Source of the DNA: a virus
IMG/VR virus record: IMGVR_UViG_3300045988_149468
Location: 75,803-139,802 of that record
Direction: 5' to 3' (one strand)
Length of the DNA stretch: 64,000 bases
Shown here: positions 1 through 9,028 of the stretch, piece by piece
How positions within the stretch are numbered: the stretch's first letter is position 1
Layout of the letters: each line of letters starts with the position of its first letter
The notes under the pieces: generated by a model
Told to the model about the DNA's origin: nothing
Database searches by the model: none
What the model saw: only the letters and a program-made list of their open reading frames with translations
Program-made: the position numbers and the translations under genes

Positions 1-2
1 GT

Positions 3-1427
3 ACAGACAAATTAAATACAACTGCTAAGGATTTAAAAGGGGCAGTTAATGAACTTAATACACAATATAAAGATATCGCATCTAGGACTATTACAACCGA
101 AGAGAGAAATAAATTAAATAGTCTAAATAATTATGATGACACAAGTATAAAAAATGATATACAAACAATTAATACACAATTAGGAGATATTGCGAACAAA
201 TTTACAACCGAACAAACAGATAATAATTTTATATTAAAATATGGTGATAAAATAATAGCAACTATTCCTATAAACGGAACATTAGTTAATTATGGTAGTA
301 TAGTTATATCTTGTAATGAAATTTTAGAAATAAACGAAGGTGAAACATTAGACATTGAAGTTTATTTAAGTTCAAAACCTACAAATAATCAATCTATAGT
401 TATTACAACAAGCAATTCTAATATAACTACATCAGTAAGTGAATTAACTTTTACCCCTAATAACTATGCAACAAGTCAAATTATTACTTTAACTGCTATA
501 CATGATGTTAGTTCATTTGATGATAAAAATTGTTTAGTTACATTTGCAAGTGAAAATGTAGAAAATATAACTATTACTGTTACTATAAAAAATACTGATG
601 TTCAACAGTCACATTATATTACAGATGGATTAAGTTTATACTATGATTTTACAGAAACTCCAACAAACCCAACAACTGTTTATGATAAAGTTAATAATGT
701 ATCTATATATAATAAAAATTATACAGCTGATAATTATACAAGCAATGGTGTGTATTTGATAAACGGTGGCGGTTCAGAAGCATATAAATTTGGCTCTAGT
801 AGTGTTAGTGTTTTCGAATATCAAACAATGCCTGAATTTAACAATTTCTTGAATAAAATCAAAGAAGGTAATGGATTGACTATTGAGTATTTCGGACAAT
901 ATATTCCTGTATCTATCATGTATGCATATAATAGTGGGGTTAATGCATCGGGTACAGGAGCAATTGGTGGTGGATATTTAACAAAATACGAGTCTCTAGG
1001 TGGTGTTACCTTTAAATATTTAAATACATCTAATGAAACAACTAGCGTTAGTTTAGCTCAAAGTGATAAAGCAACAAAAGATGGTCAATCAATACTTGCT
1101 TATTCCGCTGATAATAAAGCTGATACTTATATACATCTAGTTATTACTGCTGATGAAACAGGAAAATTAACATGGTATTTAAATGGAAATGTTATGAGTA
1201 ATACTGCTACTGCAACTGATTTTGCATCGTGGGATTATGATACTATGTTTAAAGCTAATTATTGTATGCTTGTTAGATGTGGAGTTGAAGATACAAATAG
1301 ACTTATATACCCCGCAACAAGTATAAAAATATATAATAGAGCTTTAATACAAGATGAAATAAAAACTAATTTAGAGTATGAAATAAGCAAAACAAATTTT
1401 GTTAATTCAGCAAGTGTTACTCCCTAG
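3..1427 (+). CDS. tail fibre / receptor-binding protein, C-terminal part (5' end outside window), LamG/concanavalin-like C-terminal domain
   Basis: Frame 3 is open from base 3 to TAG 1425-1427. The track ORF 750..1427 is only its GTG-initiated tail. KGAVNELN fibre-like motif near the start; LTWYLNGN...IYNRALIQDEI resembles LamG_3 domains. Confidence 0.55.
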   Translation, partial: TDKLNTTAKDLKGAVNELNTQYKDIASRTITTEERNKLNSLNNYDDTSIKNDIQTINTQLGDIANKFTTEQTDNNFILKYGDKIIATIPINGTLVNYGSIVISCNEILEINEGETLDIEVYLSSKPTNNQSIVITTSNSNITTSVSELTFTPNNYATSQIITLTAIHDVSSFDDKNCLVTFASENVENITITVTIKNTDVQQSHYITDGLSLYYDFTETPTNPTTVYDKVNNVSIYNKNYTADNYTSNGVYLINGGGSEAYKFGSSSVSVFEYQTMPEFNNFLNKIKEGNGLTIEYFGQYIPVSIMYAYNSGVNASGTGAIGGGYLTKYESLGGVTFKYLNTSNETTSVSLAQSDKATKDGQSILAYSADNKADTYIHLVITADETGKLTWYLNGNVMSNTATATDFASWDYDTMFKANYCMLVRCGVEDTNRLIYPATSIKIYNRALIQDEIKTNLEYEISKTNFVNSASVTP

Positions 1428-3351
1428 TGCGGCTACAAGTTATTCTTATACAGAATTACCTTATGCTGTAAATACAATTCCTGCATCTGCTATAAATGAC
1501 TGTGAAATTTTAGGAACTGTTGAGAATGACGAAGTAGCCCAAATTAATGATAATTATATAAGTTGTTATAAAAGTGGAGAAACAAATATAAACATTCAAG
1601 TGAACTATAAAGCATCAAAGATCTTTAACATAGAAGTTCCTTTAAAAGTTATTGATACTGTTGATTATGAAGCAACTTCTACTAGAACAATTGAACCTAC
1701 AGGTATATCAATAGTAAATAAAATTACTGAATTGAAATTAGGGGAAGAATTTGTCCTATTGGCAATACTATATCCTTACCATCCTTATATGGATAATTTA
1801 ATTGAGTTTACATCAAGTGATGATTCAATATGTTCTGTTAAGTTTGGTGTTTTAAAAGCTAATAAAATAGGAACTTGTACTATTACTGCAACTGGTATTG
1901 GAACAAACATATCAGAAAGTTTTAATATAAACATAATAGCGAATGAAGAAGAAAGTTTATTAGATTCGGAGATATATAACGTTTTATTACCTTGTGTTAC
2001 CACAAATGGTCAATTATATAATGACGGATCCAATGAAGAAGAGACAACTTATGCTATCCAAGATTTATTAAGCTATGCAAGTGAAAATAATTATAAAAAA
2101 ATAGTATTTCCAAAAGGAACTTATTCTGTAACGGCTGATATTTATGGATCTGATGTCATTGGACCTACATTGTTTTATGTACCATCTAATTTAATAATTG
2201 ATTTTTCAGACGCTATAATTCAAATGCAACCAAATTCACATACTTTATCTCCAAACGGAACTGCTGGAACTGGCGGTGGATATACGACATTTATGTTTGA
2301 TAACAATTGTCAAAATAGTAAAATAATAAATGCTGATATTAGAGGTTGTAGAGAATTAATAGATTATGATATAGCAACAACCGGAGAACAATGTAAAAAT
2401 GTAAGTTTTTATGATGCTGTAAACTGTTCTTTAGAAAATTGTAGTATAGGAAATAGTTGTGGTTTTAATATGGCTATGATAAGAAATACATACAATGGTT
2501 GGGATGGAAGAATATTTATAATGCCAAGTAACATAGAGGCTGGAGGAATAGCAGATGACGGTTCAAAAGATGATGTAAATACATCATGGAATTGGAGAAC
2601 TATAAATATGTTAAGTCTAGATAAATTAGGAGATAGACTTAGTTTTGATATCGGAAATTATCAAGGTTGGGGTGGTTATCAAATAGCAGGTAGATTATAT
2701 GATATCGCTTTCTATGATGAAAATGAAACCTTTATAGAAATTATGAGAAATTGTAGGGTTTATTGTAGATATAATAGACCAAGTAATTCAAAATATTTTC
2801 ATATAGTTTTTCATCAAGAAGAACAACCTACAGAAGGTGTTACTGATTATGGATATTTATATACACTTCAAAGTACAAAAGAACCTTATAGATGTTCTAT
2901 AAAGAATTGTGTTATACATGATAACTATTCTATAGGAATAGCTATAGTTGGTGGAAAAAATAATACATTTGAAGGAAATACATTTATAAATAATAAAGGT
3001 CGTGACCCAAATTGTCATCTTGATTATGAAGATGGTAGAGAGGCTATGATAGGCGATATATGGAGATATAATTCATTTGATAGCCGAAGCGGATATTTAT
3101 GTATTATGGCAGGAAACGCTATGACATTTAGAAATAATATATTTAACTGTTCTGTACAATTTACAGGAAGATGTGAAGGTTGGAGAGTTTATAATAATAA
3201 ATTCAATGGTTCAACAATAACTCAAGGAACTCAATCTGATTCGGTTTTTGCTTTTAACTTATTAAATAAAACTACACTTGAAAACCCTTCGTACTATCAT
3301 GGAGAAAATTCTCAATATAAAGTACATTATTTTAATAATACTGTGTTATAA
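1399..3351 (+). CDS. tailspike / depolymerase-like protein (Big_2 Ig-like domain plus right-handed beta-helix, pectate-lyase fold)
   Basis: Big_2-like segment ICSVKFGVLKANKIGTCTITATG. YAIQDLLSYASENNYKKIVFPKGTYSV and repeated NCxIxxN/GNTFINN turns are typical of beta-helix tailspikes. The start is non-canonical (TTG 1399 or GTG 1414, no SD) and overlaps the upstream gene. Confidence 0.55.
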   Translation: MLIQQVLLPSAATSYSYTELPYAVNTIPASAINDCEILGTVENDEVAQINDNYISCYKSGETNINIQVNYKASKIFNIEVPLKVIDTVDYEATSTRTIEPTGISIVNKITELKLGEEFVLLAILYPYHPYMDNLIEFTSSDDSICSVKFGVLKANKIGTCTITATGIGTNISESFNINIIANEEESLLDSEIYNVLLPCVTTNGQLYNDGSNEEETTYAIQDLLSYASENNYKKIVFPKGTYSVTADIYGSDVIGPTLFYVPSNLIIDFSDAIIQMQPNSHTLSPNGTAGTGGGYTTFMFDNNCQNSKIINADIRGCRELIDYDIATTGEQCKNVSFYDAVNCSLENCSIGNSCGFNMAMIRNTYNGWDGRIFIMPSNIEAGGIADDGSKDDVNTSWNWRTINMLSLDKLGDRLSFDIGNYQGWGGYQIAGRLYDIAFYDENETFIEIMRNCRVYCRYNRPSNSKYFHIVFHQEEQPTEGVTDYGYLYTLQSTKEPYRCSIKNCVIHDNYSIGIAIVGGKNNTFEGNTFINNKGRDPNCHLDYEDGREAMIGDIWRYNSFDSRSGYLCIMAGNAMTFRNNIFNCSVQFTGRCEGWRVYNNKFNGSTITQGTQSDSVFAFNLLNKTTLENPSYYHGENSQYKVHYFNNTVL

Positions 3352-3372
3352 TGAATAAAAAAAGACATTGTC

Positions 3373-3978
3373 ATGGGGGAAATTATGTTTACAGATTTAA
3401 AACAATTATTAATTCAACAAAAATTAAAAAGAGAACATAAAAATTTTTATATTTATAGACCATCATCAATAAGTTTAGCAAAAACTTCAAAGATACAAAT
3501 AAAAGGAAGTTTAACCTTTAATGATGTATATTCTTCAAACCAAAAAAGAAAATTAAGCATATTAGTTATGGGAGAAGATTCTAAATTAGAAGTTAATGGA
3601 AATTTTTCGTTTTTTAGTGGTTGTAGAGTTGGGGTTTTAAAAGGGGCTACACTTTCATTGGGTAACGGATATATGAATTTTGATTCTAAAATATATTGCT
3701 ATAATAATATAAAAATAGGGAATAGAGTTTTTATATCAGAAGGAGTAACAATAATAGATTCAGATGTTCATAGTATATCTAATAAAGATGTATCTGCTCC
3801 TATTGTAATTGGAGATAATGTTTGGATAGGAATAAATGCAACTATATTAAAAGGTGTTACTATTGGAGATGGTGCAGTAATAGGTGCTGGAGCAGTAGTT
3901 ACTAAAGATATTCCATCTAAATGTTTGGCTGTAGGAAATCCAGCTAAAGTAATAAAAGAAAATATAGAATGGAAATAG
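3373..3978 (+). CDS. hexapeptide-repeat (LbH) O-acetyltransferase, maltose/galactoside acetyltransferase-like
   Basis: GDNVWIGINATILKGVTIGDGAVIGAGAVVTKDIPSKCLAVGNPAKVIKE is a canonical left-handed beta-helix acetyltransferase C-terminus. Confidence 0.75.
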   Translation: MGEIMFTDLKQLLIQQKLKREHKNFYIYRPSSISLAKTSKIQIKGSLTFNDVYSSNQKRKLSILVMGEDSKLEVNGNFSFFSGCRVGVLKGATLSLGNGYMNFDSKIYCYNNIKIGNRVFISEGVTIIDSDVHSISNKDVSAPIVIGDNVWIGINATILKGVTIGDGAVIGAGAVVTKDIPSKCLAVGNPAKVIKENIEWK

Positions 3979-4004
3979 ACTAGAAATTAATCTAGTCTAT
4001 TTTT
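3976..4004 (+). terminator. rho-independent terminator after the acetyltransferase gene
   Basis: 9-bp stem tagactaga / tctagtcta with 6-nt loop, followed by ttttt. Confidence 0.6.
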
Positions 4005-4153
4005 AATACGCAGTTAGTTCGCAATTTAAAAATATTGCGTATATAATGTGATCAACAGAATATTCATTATATATTTTAAATATCATGTATAGAATAAACA
4101 AATAAAGGATAAATTATTATTAGTTATTCTATTTGTATGTATTTTTATTATAA

Positions 4154-4190
4154 CCCTTTAGTGATTATTTGCTAAAGGGTATTTTTTTTT
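4154..4190 (+). terminator. rho-independent terminator in the spacer upstream of int
   Basis: Stem ccctttag / ctaaaggg followed by a 9-T run. Confidence 0.55.
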
Positions 4191-4330
4191 ATTTATTTGA
4201 CAATCTTTCAGATATTTGTTATCATAATTAAAGATATAAATAATATTCTCATATTAACTTACATTATCAAATTTTCAATAGAACTATTTTATTTTTTTAA
4301 TAGTCCTATTATTTTTTTGTTTAAAATGTA

Positions 4331-4359
4331 TTGAAAATAATAACTAATTATGTTATAAT
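4331..4359 (+). promoter_or_regulatory. sigma-A-type promoter of the recombinase gene
   Basis: TTGAAA, 17 nt, TATAAT, then leader ataataattaataagaggag and ATG 4397. Confidence 0.6.
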
Positions 4360-4396
4360 TCAATTATAATAATTAATAAGAGGAGAGTAAAGCAAT

Positions 4397-5380
4397 ATGA
4401 AGAATGATAATGAAAAACTAATAAAACAAATAATGAATCATATAAAAAATAATGTTATTACCAAAGATGAAATAGAAAAAATATTATATGAAACTATAAG
4501 AGATTTTAATATTGAAATAAATATTCATCAAAAACATAATAATCAAGATATTCTCGATGAATATAAACAAGATATGGAAACTTTAGATTATTCAAGTGGA
4601 ACTATTAGAAACAGAATGTATACCTTAAAATATTTCTTAGATTATATAAACAAAGAGATTCCTCAAATTACAGTAGTTGATTTAAAAGCTTATTTAAATT
4701 TTAAAAAGAAATCAGTAAAAACTTCAACTATAAATGGATTAATTTCAGTAATAAAATCATTTTTCAGCTGGTTAGTAGAAGAAGAATACATAGATAAAAA
4801 TCCAACGAAGAAAATAAGAAAAATAAAAGAACCACAAAGAATTAGAGAGCCTCTGTCTATAGAAGAAATGGAAAATTTAAGAATGTGTTGTAAGACAGAT
4901 AGAGAAAGAGCTTTAGTTGAATTTATGTTAGCGACAGGTATGAGAGTTTCTGAAATTCAAAAGACAAACATATTTGAATTGGATCTTTCTTCAAATAAAT
5001 TAAAAACAATTGGGAAAGGAAACAAAGAAAGAATTATATTATTTAATGATAAATGTAAATTATATTTAAAACAATATTTAGACAATAGAAAAGGTAAAAA
5101 TGAAGCTTTGTTTATTTCTGAAAGAAAACCGTACAGAAGACTTGGAGTTAGAGCAATTCAAAAGATATTAACAAATATATCAAAAAGAAAAACAATTCTT
5201 CCCATTGTATATCCTCATAAATTAAGACATACTTTTGCTACATCACTATTTAATAGTGGAGAAGACATTGAAACTGTTCAATTTCTTTTAGGACATGAAA
5301 ACATAACAACAACTCAAATATATACAAAAACATCAATGGATAAAGTTAATTATCAATATAATAAATGTTTGATTGTATAA
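4397..5380 (+). CDS. int: tyrosine recombinase / integrase (XerC/D-like)
   Basis: ATGMRVSE (Arg-I), GKGNKERIILF, HKLRHTFAT (HxxR), LGHENITTTQIYTK (His/Tyr), plus an N-terminal SAM-like domain. Confidence 0.85.
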   Translation: MKNDNEKLIKQIMNHIKNNVITKDEIEKILYETIRDFNIEINIHQKHNNQDILDEYKQDMETLDYSSGTIRNRMYTLKYFLDYINKEIPQITVVDLKAYLNFKKKSVKTSTINGLISVIKSFFSWLVEEEYIDKNPTKKIRKIKEPQRIREPLSIEEMENLRMCCKTDRERALVEFMLATGMRVSEIQKTNIFELDLSSNKLKTIGKGNKERIILFNDKCKLYLKQYLDNRKGKNEALFISERKPYRRLGVRAIQKILTNISKRKTILPIVYPHKLRHTFATSLFNSGEDIETVQFLLGHENITTTQIYTKTSMDKVNYQYNKCLIV

Positions 5381-5423
5381 ATATTCTAAAATAAAGTTTT
5401 TAACCTAACTTTTTAGATCAACT

Positions 5424-5451
5424 CTTAGTTTTTACTAAGGGAATTTTTTTT
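5424..5451 (+). terminator. rho-independent terminator after int
   Basis: Stem cttagt / actaag, loop tttt, then gg aa and an 8-T run. Confidence 0.5.
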
Positions 5452-5513
5452 ATTTATTTTTAGTAATATTTTTAAGGAATATCACATATAATTCAGTAAA
5501 AGGAGGGATAATT

Positions 5514-5699
5514 ATGAAAAATAAAAAATCTTTTGAGGTAAGTTTCAAGAATAATATGGAAGACACTCTTTTATATTCCTGGTTAGAAGAAAAATTTATA
5601 ATTCATGGAAATAAGAGTGCCTATGTTAAATATGTTTTAAGAGAAAAAATGTACTCTGAATTAAATCAATCTACTCAAGTAATCAAAAGCAAAAGCTAA
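5514..5699 (+). CDS. small protein with a possible ribbon-helix-helix fold
   Basis: SD aaaggaggg 7 nt before ATG. A beta-alpha-alpha pattern (KSFEVSF / EDTLLYSWLEEK / KSAYVKYVLREKM) is inferred by eye only. Confidence 0.3.
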   Translation: MKNKKSFEVSFKNNMEDTLLYSWLEEKFIIHGNKSAYVKYVLREKMYSELNQSTQVIKSKS

Positions 5700-5789
5700 T
5701 CCAAACCAAAACATTGCTTCACCCATTTTATATCACCTCGTTTAATCATAATTATATTATTAGTTTAACCTTAAAGGAGGATTTTATAC

Positions 5790-6164
5790 ATGAAATCTTA
5801 TACTTTTGAAGAATATAAACTAATGATGAATAATAAAGAATCACTTCTTGATAAATTTATTTCAAGTCTAAATCAAATTGAATATAAAAAATTAATTATT
5901 CTGATAGCTTTGTTTATGCATAAAAATTCAATAGTATATTGTGCTACAACTGAAGCAGAGATATCTATGATGGCTAATCAAATATTGCATATTTTAATGA
6001 TATTCAGTAAGTATGGATGTATGTGTATGGGAGTTAAAGCTATTATTGAAAATGCATTACAAGGTGCAAATTTTCGACAAGCTACAACATCTGGTATTCA
6101 ATATTTTTTGATATATATTCTTTTAACATTATATCCTAAATTATTTGCTATGATTAAAATGTAA
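5790..6164 (+). CDS. membrane protein (signal-like N-terminus plus two hydrophobic helices; VirB2/TrbC-like topology)
   Basis: SD aaaggagg. KKLIILIALFMHKNSIVYCA is followed by two hydrophobic segments. No sequence family was recognised. Confidence 0.3.
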   Translation: MKSYTFEEYKLMMNNKESLLDKFISSLNQIEYKKLIILIALFMHKNSIVYCATTEAEISMMANQILHILMIFSKYGCMCMGVKAIIENALQGANFRQATTSGIQYFLIYILLTLYPKLFAMIKM

Positions 6165-6176
6165 GGAGGTTATATT

Positions 6177-6428
6177 ATGGAAGAAAAGATTGATAAATTA
6201 ATAAATATCATGGATAATTTTTTACACCCAATAGAATCATTTAAAGAATTTGGGTATCAACTTTTAATTAACATTGATAAATTTTCATTTAATATATGTC
6301 TTTTAGCAGGTTTTATAGCTTTATTACTTTATGTATTTGGGTATGATAAAGGTAAAAAATGGGCATTTATAATCCCTTGTGTATATTTGATTTTAAATAT
6401 TATCATAGGAGTAGTTGCAAATGCTTAA
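6177..6428 (+). CDS. small two-TM membrane protein (VirB3-like size and position)
   Basis: SD taaggagg. Two C-terminal hydrophobic helices. The stop overlaps the start of the ATPase gene. Confidence 0.3.
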   Translation: MEEKIDKLINIMDNFLHPIESFKEFGYQLLINIDKFSFNICLLAGFIALLLYVFGYDKGKKWAFIIPCVYLILNIIIGVVANA

Positions 6429-8625
6429 CATTCCTATTTCTAAATATATAGAAATTAAACAACAAAAATATATTTATCTAAAACTTATACCCACTAAATC
6501 AATTAAAAATAATCAAACATATGATATATTAAAATTAGTTAATAAAATGTTTATAAATCTAAATAAACAAATAAAAATTCAAGATAAAAAATTAATAATA
6601 CAAACTCAAATGAAAGCTAGTTATTATATCTACATTACTAAAGAGAAAATCAACTTCTATTTTATTGTTCCTGAAGTATTCTATTCTAAATTTAAAATTA
6701 AATTTAAAGAAGTATGGAAATCGGTTCAAATAGAGGAATGTAATTATATACCACACATTGAAAACGGATTACAATATCAACTAATATATAAGAAGAAAGA
6801 TTTTCTTTCTAGTAATGCAGATATGAGAAATAATGAATTATTAAATGCAAATATGACAATAATGGAATTATTAGAAAATCAAGAAGAAGTGGGAATATTA
6901 TATAATTTCCACCCAATTTCAGAAAAACAAATCAATTATTTTAAAATTTCATGTCAAAAATTCATCAGAGAATATAAGGAAAATTCCATAAAATATACGA
7001 ATAATCAATATTTTAATATAATAATTAAATGTTTAGATTATATGATAGAATTTATCAACTCAACGTTAAACTTTATATTTAATACTAAACAAGTAAAAAA
7101 AATAACACCACAAAAATATTCAGAAAGCACTATAAGAAAAAGTAAATCTGAAATGTGTAAAACTCAAATAGTATTAAATATAAAAGGAAAAAATCAAAAC
7201 CATTCAAAGACATTACTTGAAGGTTTAGTTAATTCATATAGTGAAATTTCAGATGATAATGAATTTATATGTAAAAAGGTTAAGAATGGAAATATAAAGT
7301 CATTAAATACTTCAATATATGAGTGTTCTAATTTTATAAGTTTACCTGGAGATAGTTTAATCAAAGAATATAATAATATAGAACATAATAATATTTATGA
7401 TAAGTCAATTCCTAATTGTTTGAAGAGAGGGCAAGTCCTTCTCGGAAATTCTTTAAAGAATACAAATGTTTATTATTCATCTGATAAAGAATGTAGTAGA
7501 TTAGGTAAAGTATTTATAGGAGGAATGGGAAGTGGAAAAACCTACTCAATGATTAAATTAGCCAAACAAATAATAAATAAAGGTGATGGATTAGTCGTGT
7601 TAGATATTATTAAAAATTGTGAATTAGCAGATAGCATTAAGAAAATAACGCCTAAAGATAAATTAATTGAAATAGATTGTGCAAATATAGATCAACTACA
7701 AGGGTTTTGCTTTAATGAATTAACTTATAATAAATTAGACGAATATGATAAATTAGCTAAATGCATGGAAAAAGCTAATCAACTTCATATTTTGTTAAAT
7801 ACAATTAATACAGATACTAAATTAACACCTAGAATGGTTAGGTATTTTTATTCAGCTTGCACAATAGTCTTTTATAGTAATTTTAATGCTAGTTTTAGAG
7901 AGATAACGAGGGTACTTATGTATCCTAAAGAACGAAAGAAAGCCTTAGAATCGCTTACAGAAAGGCAACTTTTTTTACTTCAAGATGAAATAAATAATTT
8001 AAAAGAGTTGGATAAAGAAAATAAGAACGGAACAATAGAAAACTATGATTCTAAAATAGATGGAATAATTGATAGAGTTAGTATTTTACAAACTAATTTA
8101 TATACCAAGTTAGCATTTAATAAATCAGCAGATAAGAATATTAATTTTGTTGAAGCATTAAGTAAAAATAAAGTAATATTAATTAAAGCTAAAGAAAGTA
8201 ATTTCACTAATAGAAGTATTAGAGACTTAATAGCAACATTTTTTATTAATAAGGTATGGTTAAGCAAACAATTAAATGCTAATACTAGAACAGAAATATT
8301 CATAGATGAGATCAATTTATTCCCAACAGCACAAAATATATTCCAAGACACATTAACTGAATGTAGAAAATATAATTTTATACCTACAATTTCATTACAC
8401 TTCTTTAATCAATGTAATAAAAAATGTAAAGAAGCCATATTAAATTCTGGAATGAATTTTATATTATTAGCTGGTGCAGACATAAGAAATTTTTATGAAT
8501 TAGAAACATTATTTAATAAAGAAGGGTATGATAAGATTGATTTTGTTAATCTCAAAAGATATCAAGCATTATGTTTAATTAGGAATGAAGAAACTGTATA
8601 TTCATCTTTTGTGGTAAATATGTAA
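6421..8625 (+). CDS. P-loop ATPase of the FtsK/HerA/VirB4-VirD4 superfamily
   Basis: Walker A GGMGSGKT at about residue 370, then VVLDIIKNCEL. Walker B EIFIDE at about residue 630, then ECRKYNFIPTISLHFFNQ...ILLAG, resembling T4SS ATPase C-terminal motifs. ATG 6421 has GGAG 10 nt upstream; the track start is TTG 6415. Confidence 0.5.
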   Translation: MLNIPISKYIEIKQQKYIYLKLIPTKSIKNNQTYDILKLVNKMFINLNKQIKIQDKKLIIQTQMKASYYIYITKEKINFYFIVPEVFYSKFKIKFKEVWKSVQIEECNYIPHIENGLQYQLIYKKKDFLSSNADMRNNELLNANMTIMELLENQEEVGILYNFHPISEKQINYFKISCQKFIREYKENSIKYTNNQYFNIIIKCLDYMIEFINSTLNFIFNTKQVKKITPQKYSESTIRKSKSEMCKTQIVLNIKGKNQNHSKTLLEGLVNSYSEISDDNEFICKKVKNGNIKSLNTSIYECSNFISLPGDSLIKEYNNIEHNNIYDKSIPNCLKRGQVLLGNSLKNTNVYYSSDKECSRLGKVFIGGMGSGKTYSMIKLAKQIINKGDGLVVLDIIKNCELADSIKKITPKDKLIEIDCANIDQLQGFCFNELTYNKLDEYDKLAKCMEKANQLHILLNTINTDTKLTPRMVRYFYSACTIVFYSNFNASFREITRVLMYPKERKKALESLTERQLFLLQDEINNLKELDKENKNGTIENYDSKIDGIIDRVSILQTNLYTKLAFNKSADKNINFVEALSKNKVILIKAKESNFTNRSIRDLIATFFINKVWLSKQLNANTRTEIFIDEINLFPTAQNIFQDTLTECRKYNFIPTISLHFFNQCNKKCKEAILNSGMNFILLAGADIRNFYELETLFNKEGYDKIDFVNLKRYQALCLIRNEETVYSSFVVNM

Positions 8626-8631
8626 AATAAT

Positions 8632-8655
8632 AGGAGGATAATTCCTCCTTTTTCT
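8632..8655 (+). terminator. rho-independent terminator ending the rightward module
   Basis: Stem aggagga / tcctcct, loop taat, then tttttc. Confidence 0.6.
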
Positions 8656-8990
8656 TTATTTTTCTTGAATTATTTTTAGCATAATACTCACTCAAATTGC
8701 TATAACCTTGATATGAACATTCCACAATTAATTCTCAGTCGCTATCGCTCCTTTCATAATTGTTACATATATCATAGCATATGATTTTTGTCTTAAAAAA
8801 TATTCCAATTTAACAATATTTTAACATTTATATTATTTATTAATTTGAAGACAATATTAATATACACTTTTACCAACCAATTATTAATTATTATATTCAA
8901 TATATACATTGACAAATAATAATTAATATGAATGCTTATGTTACTATCTTATTAATTACTATGTAAGTATAATTTTAATATTAGTATTTT

Positions 8991-9028
8991 AAAAGGGTTA
9001 TCGTAATTGATAACCCTTCTTTTTTTTT
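8991..9028. terminator. hairpin terminator at the convergence point (strong on +, weaker on -)
   Basis: Stem gggttatc / gataaccc, loop gtaatt. A 9-T run follows on the + strand and tttt on the - strand. Confidence 0.5.

Noticed and set aside
1394-1400. A_AAT_TTT heptamer that looks like a -1 slippery site at the fibre/tailspike overlap
   Set aside because: A -1 shift enters a frame that stops almost at once (TTT TGT TAA). The downstream ORF is in the +1 frame, so this heptamer cannot link the two ORFs.
8656-8990. ORF-free 330-bp region between the convergent terminators, considered as attP or an sRNA locus
   Set aside because: It contains a TTGACA (8909-8914) but no acceptable -10 at 16-18 nt. 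I found no repeats shared with the int-proximal spacer beyond the terminator tail, so there is no positive evidence.
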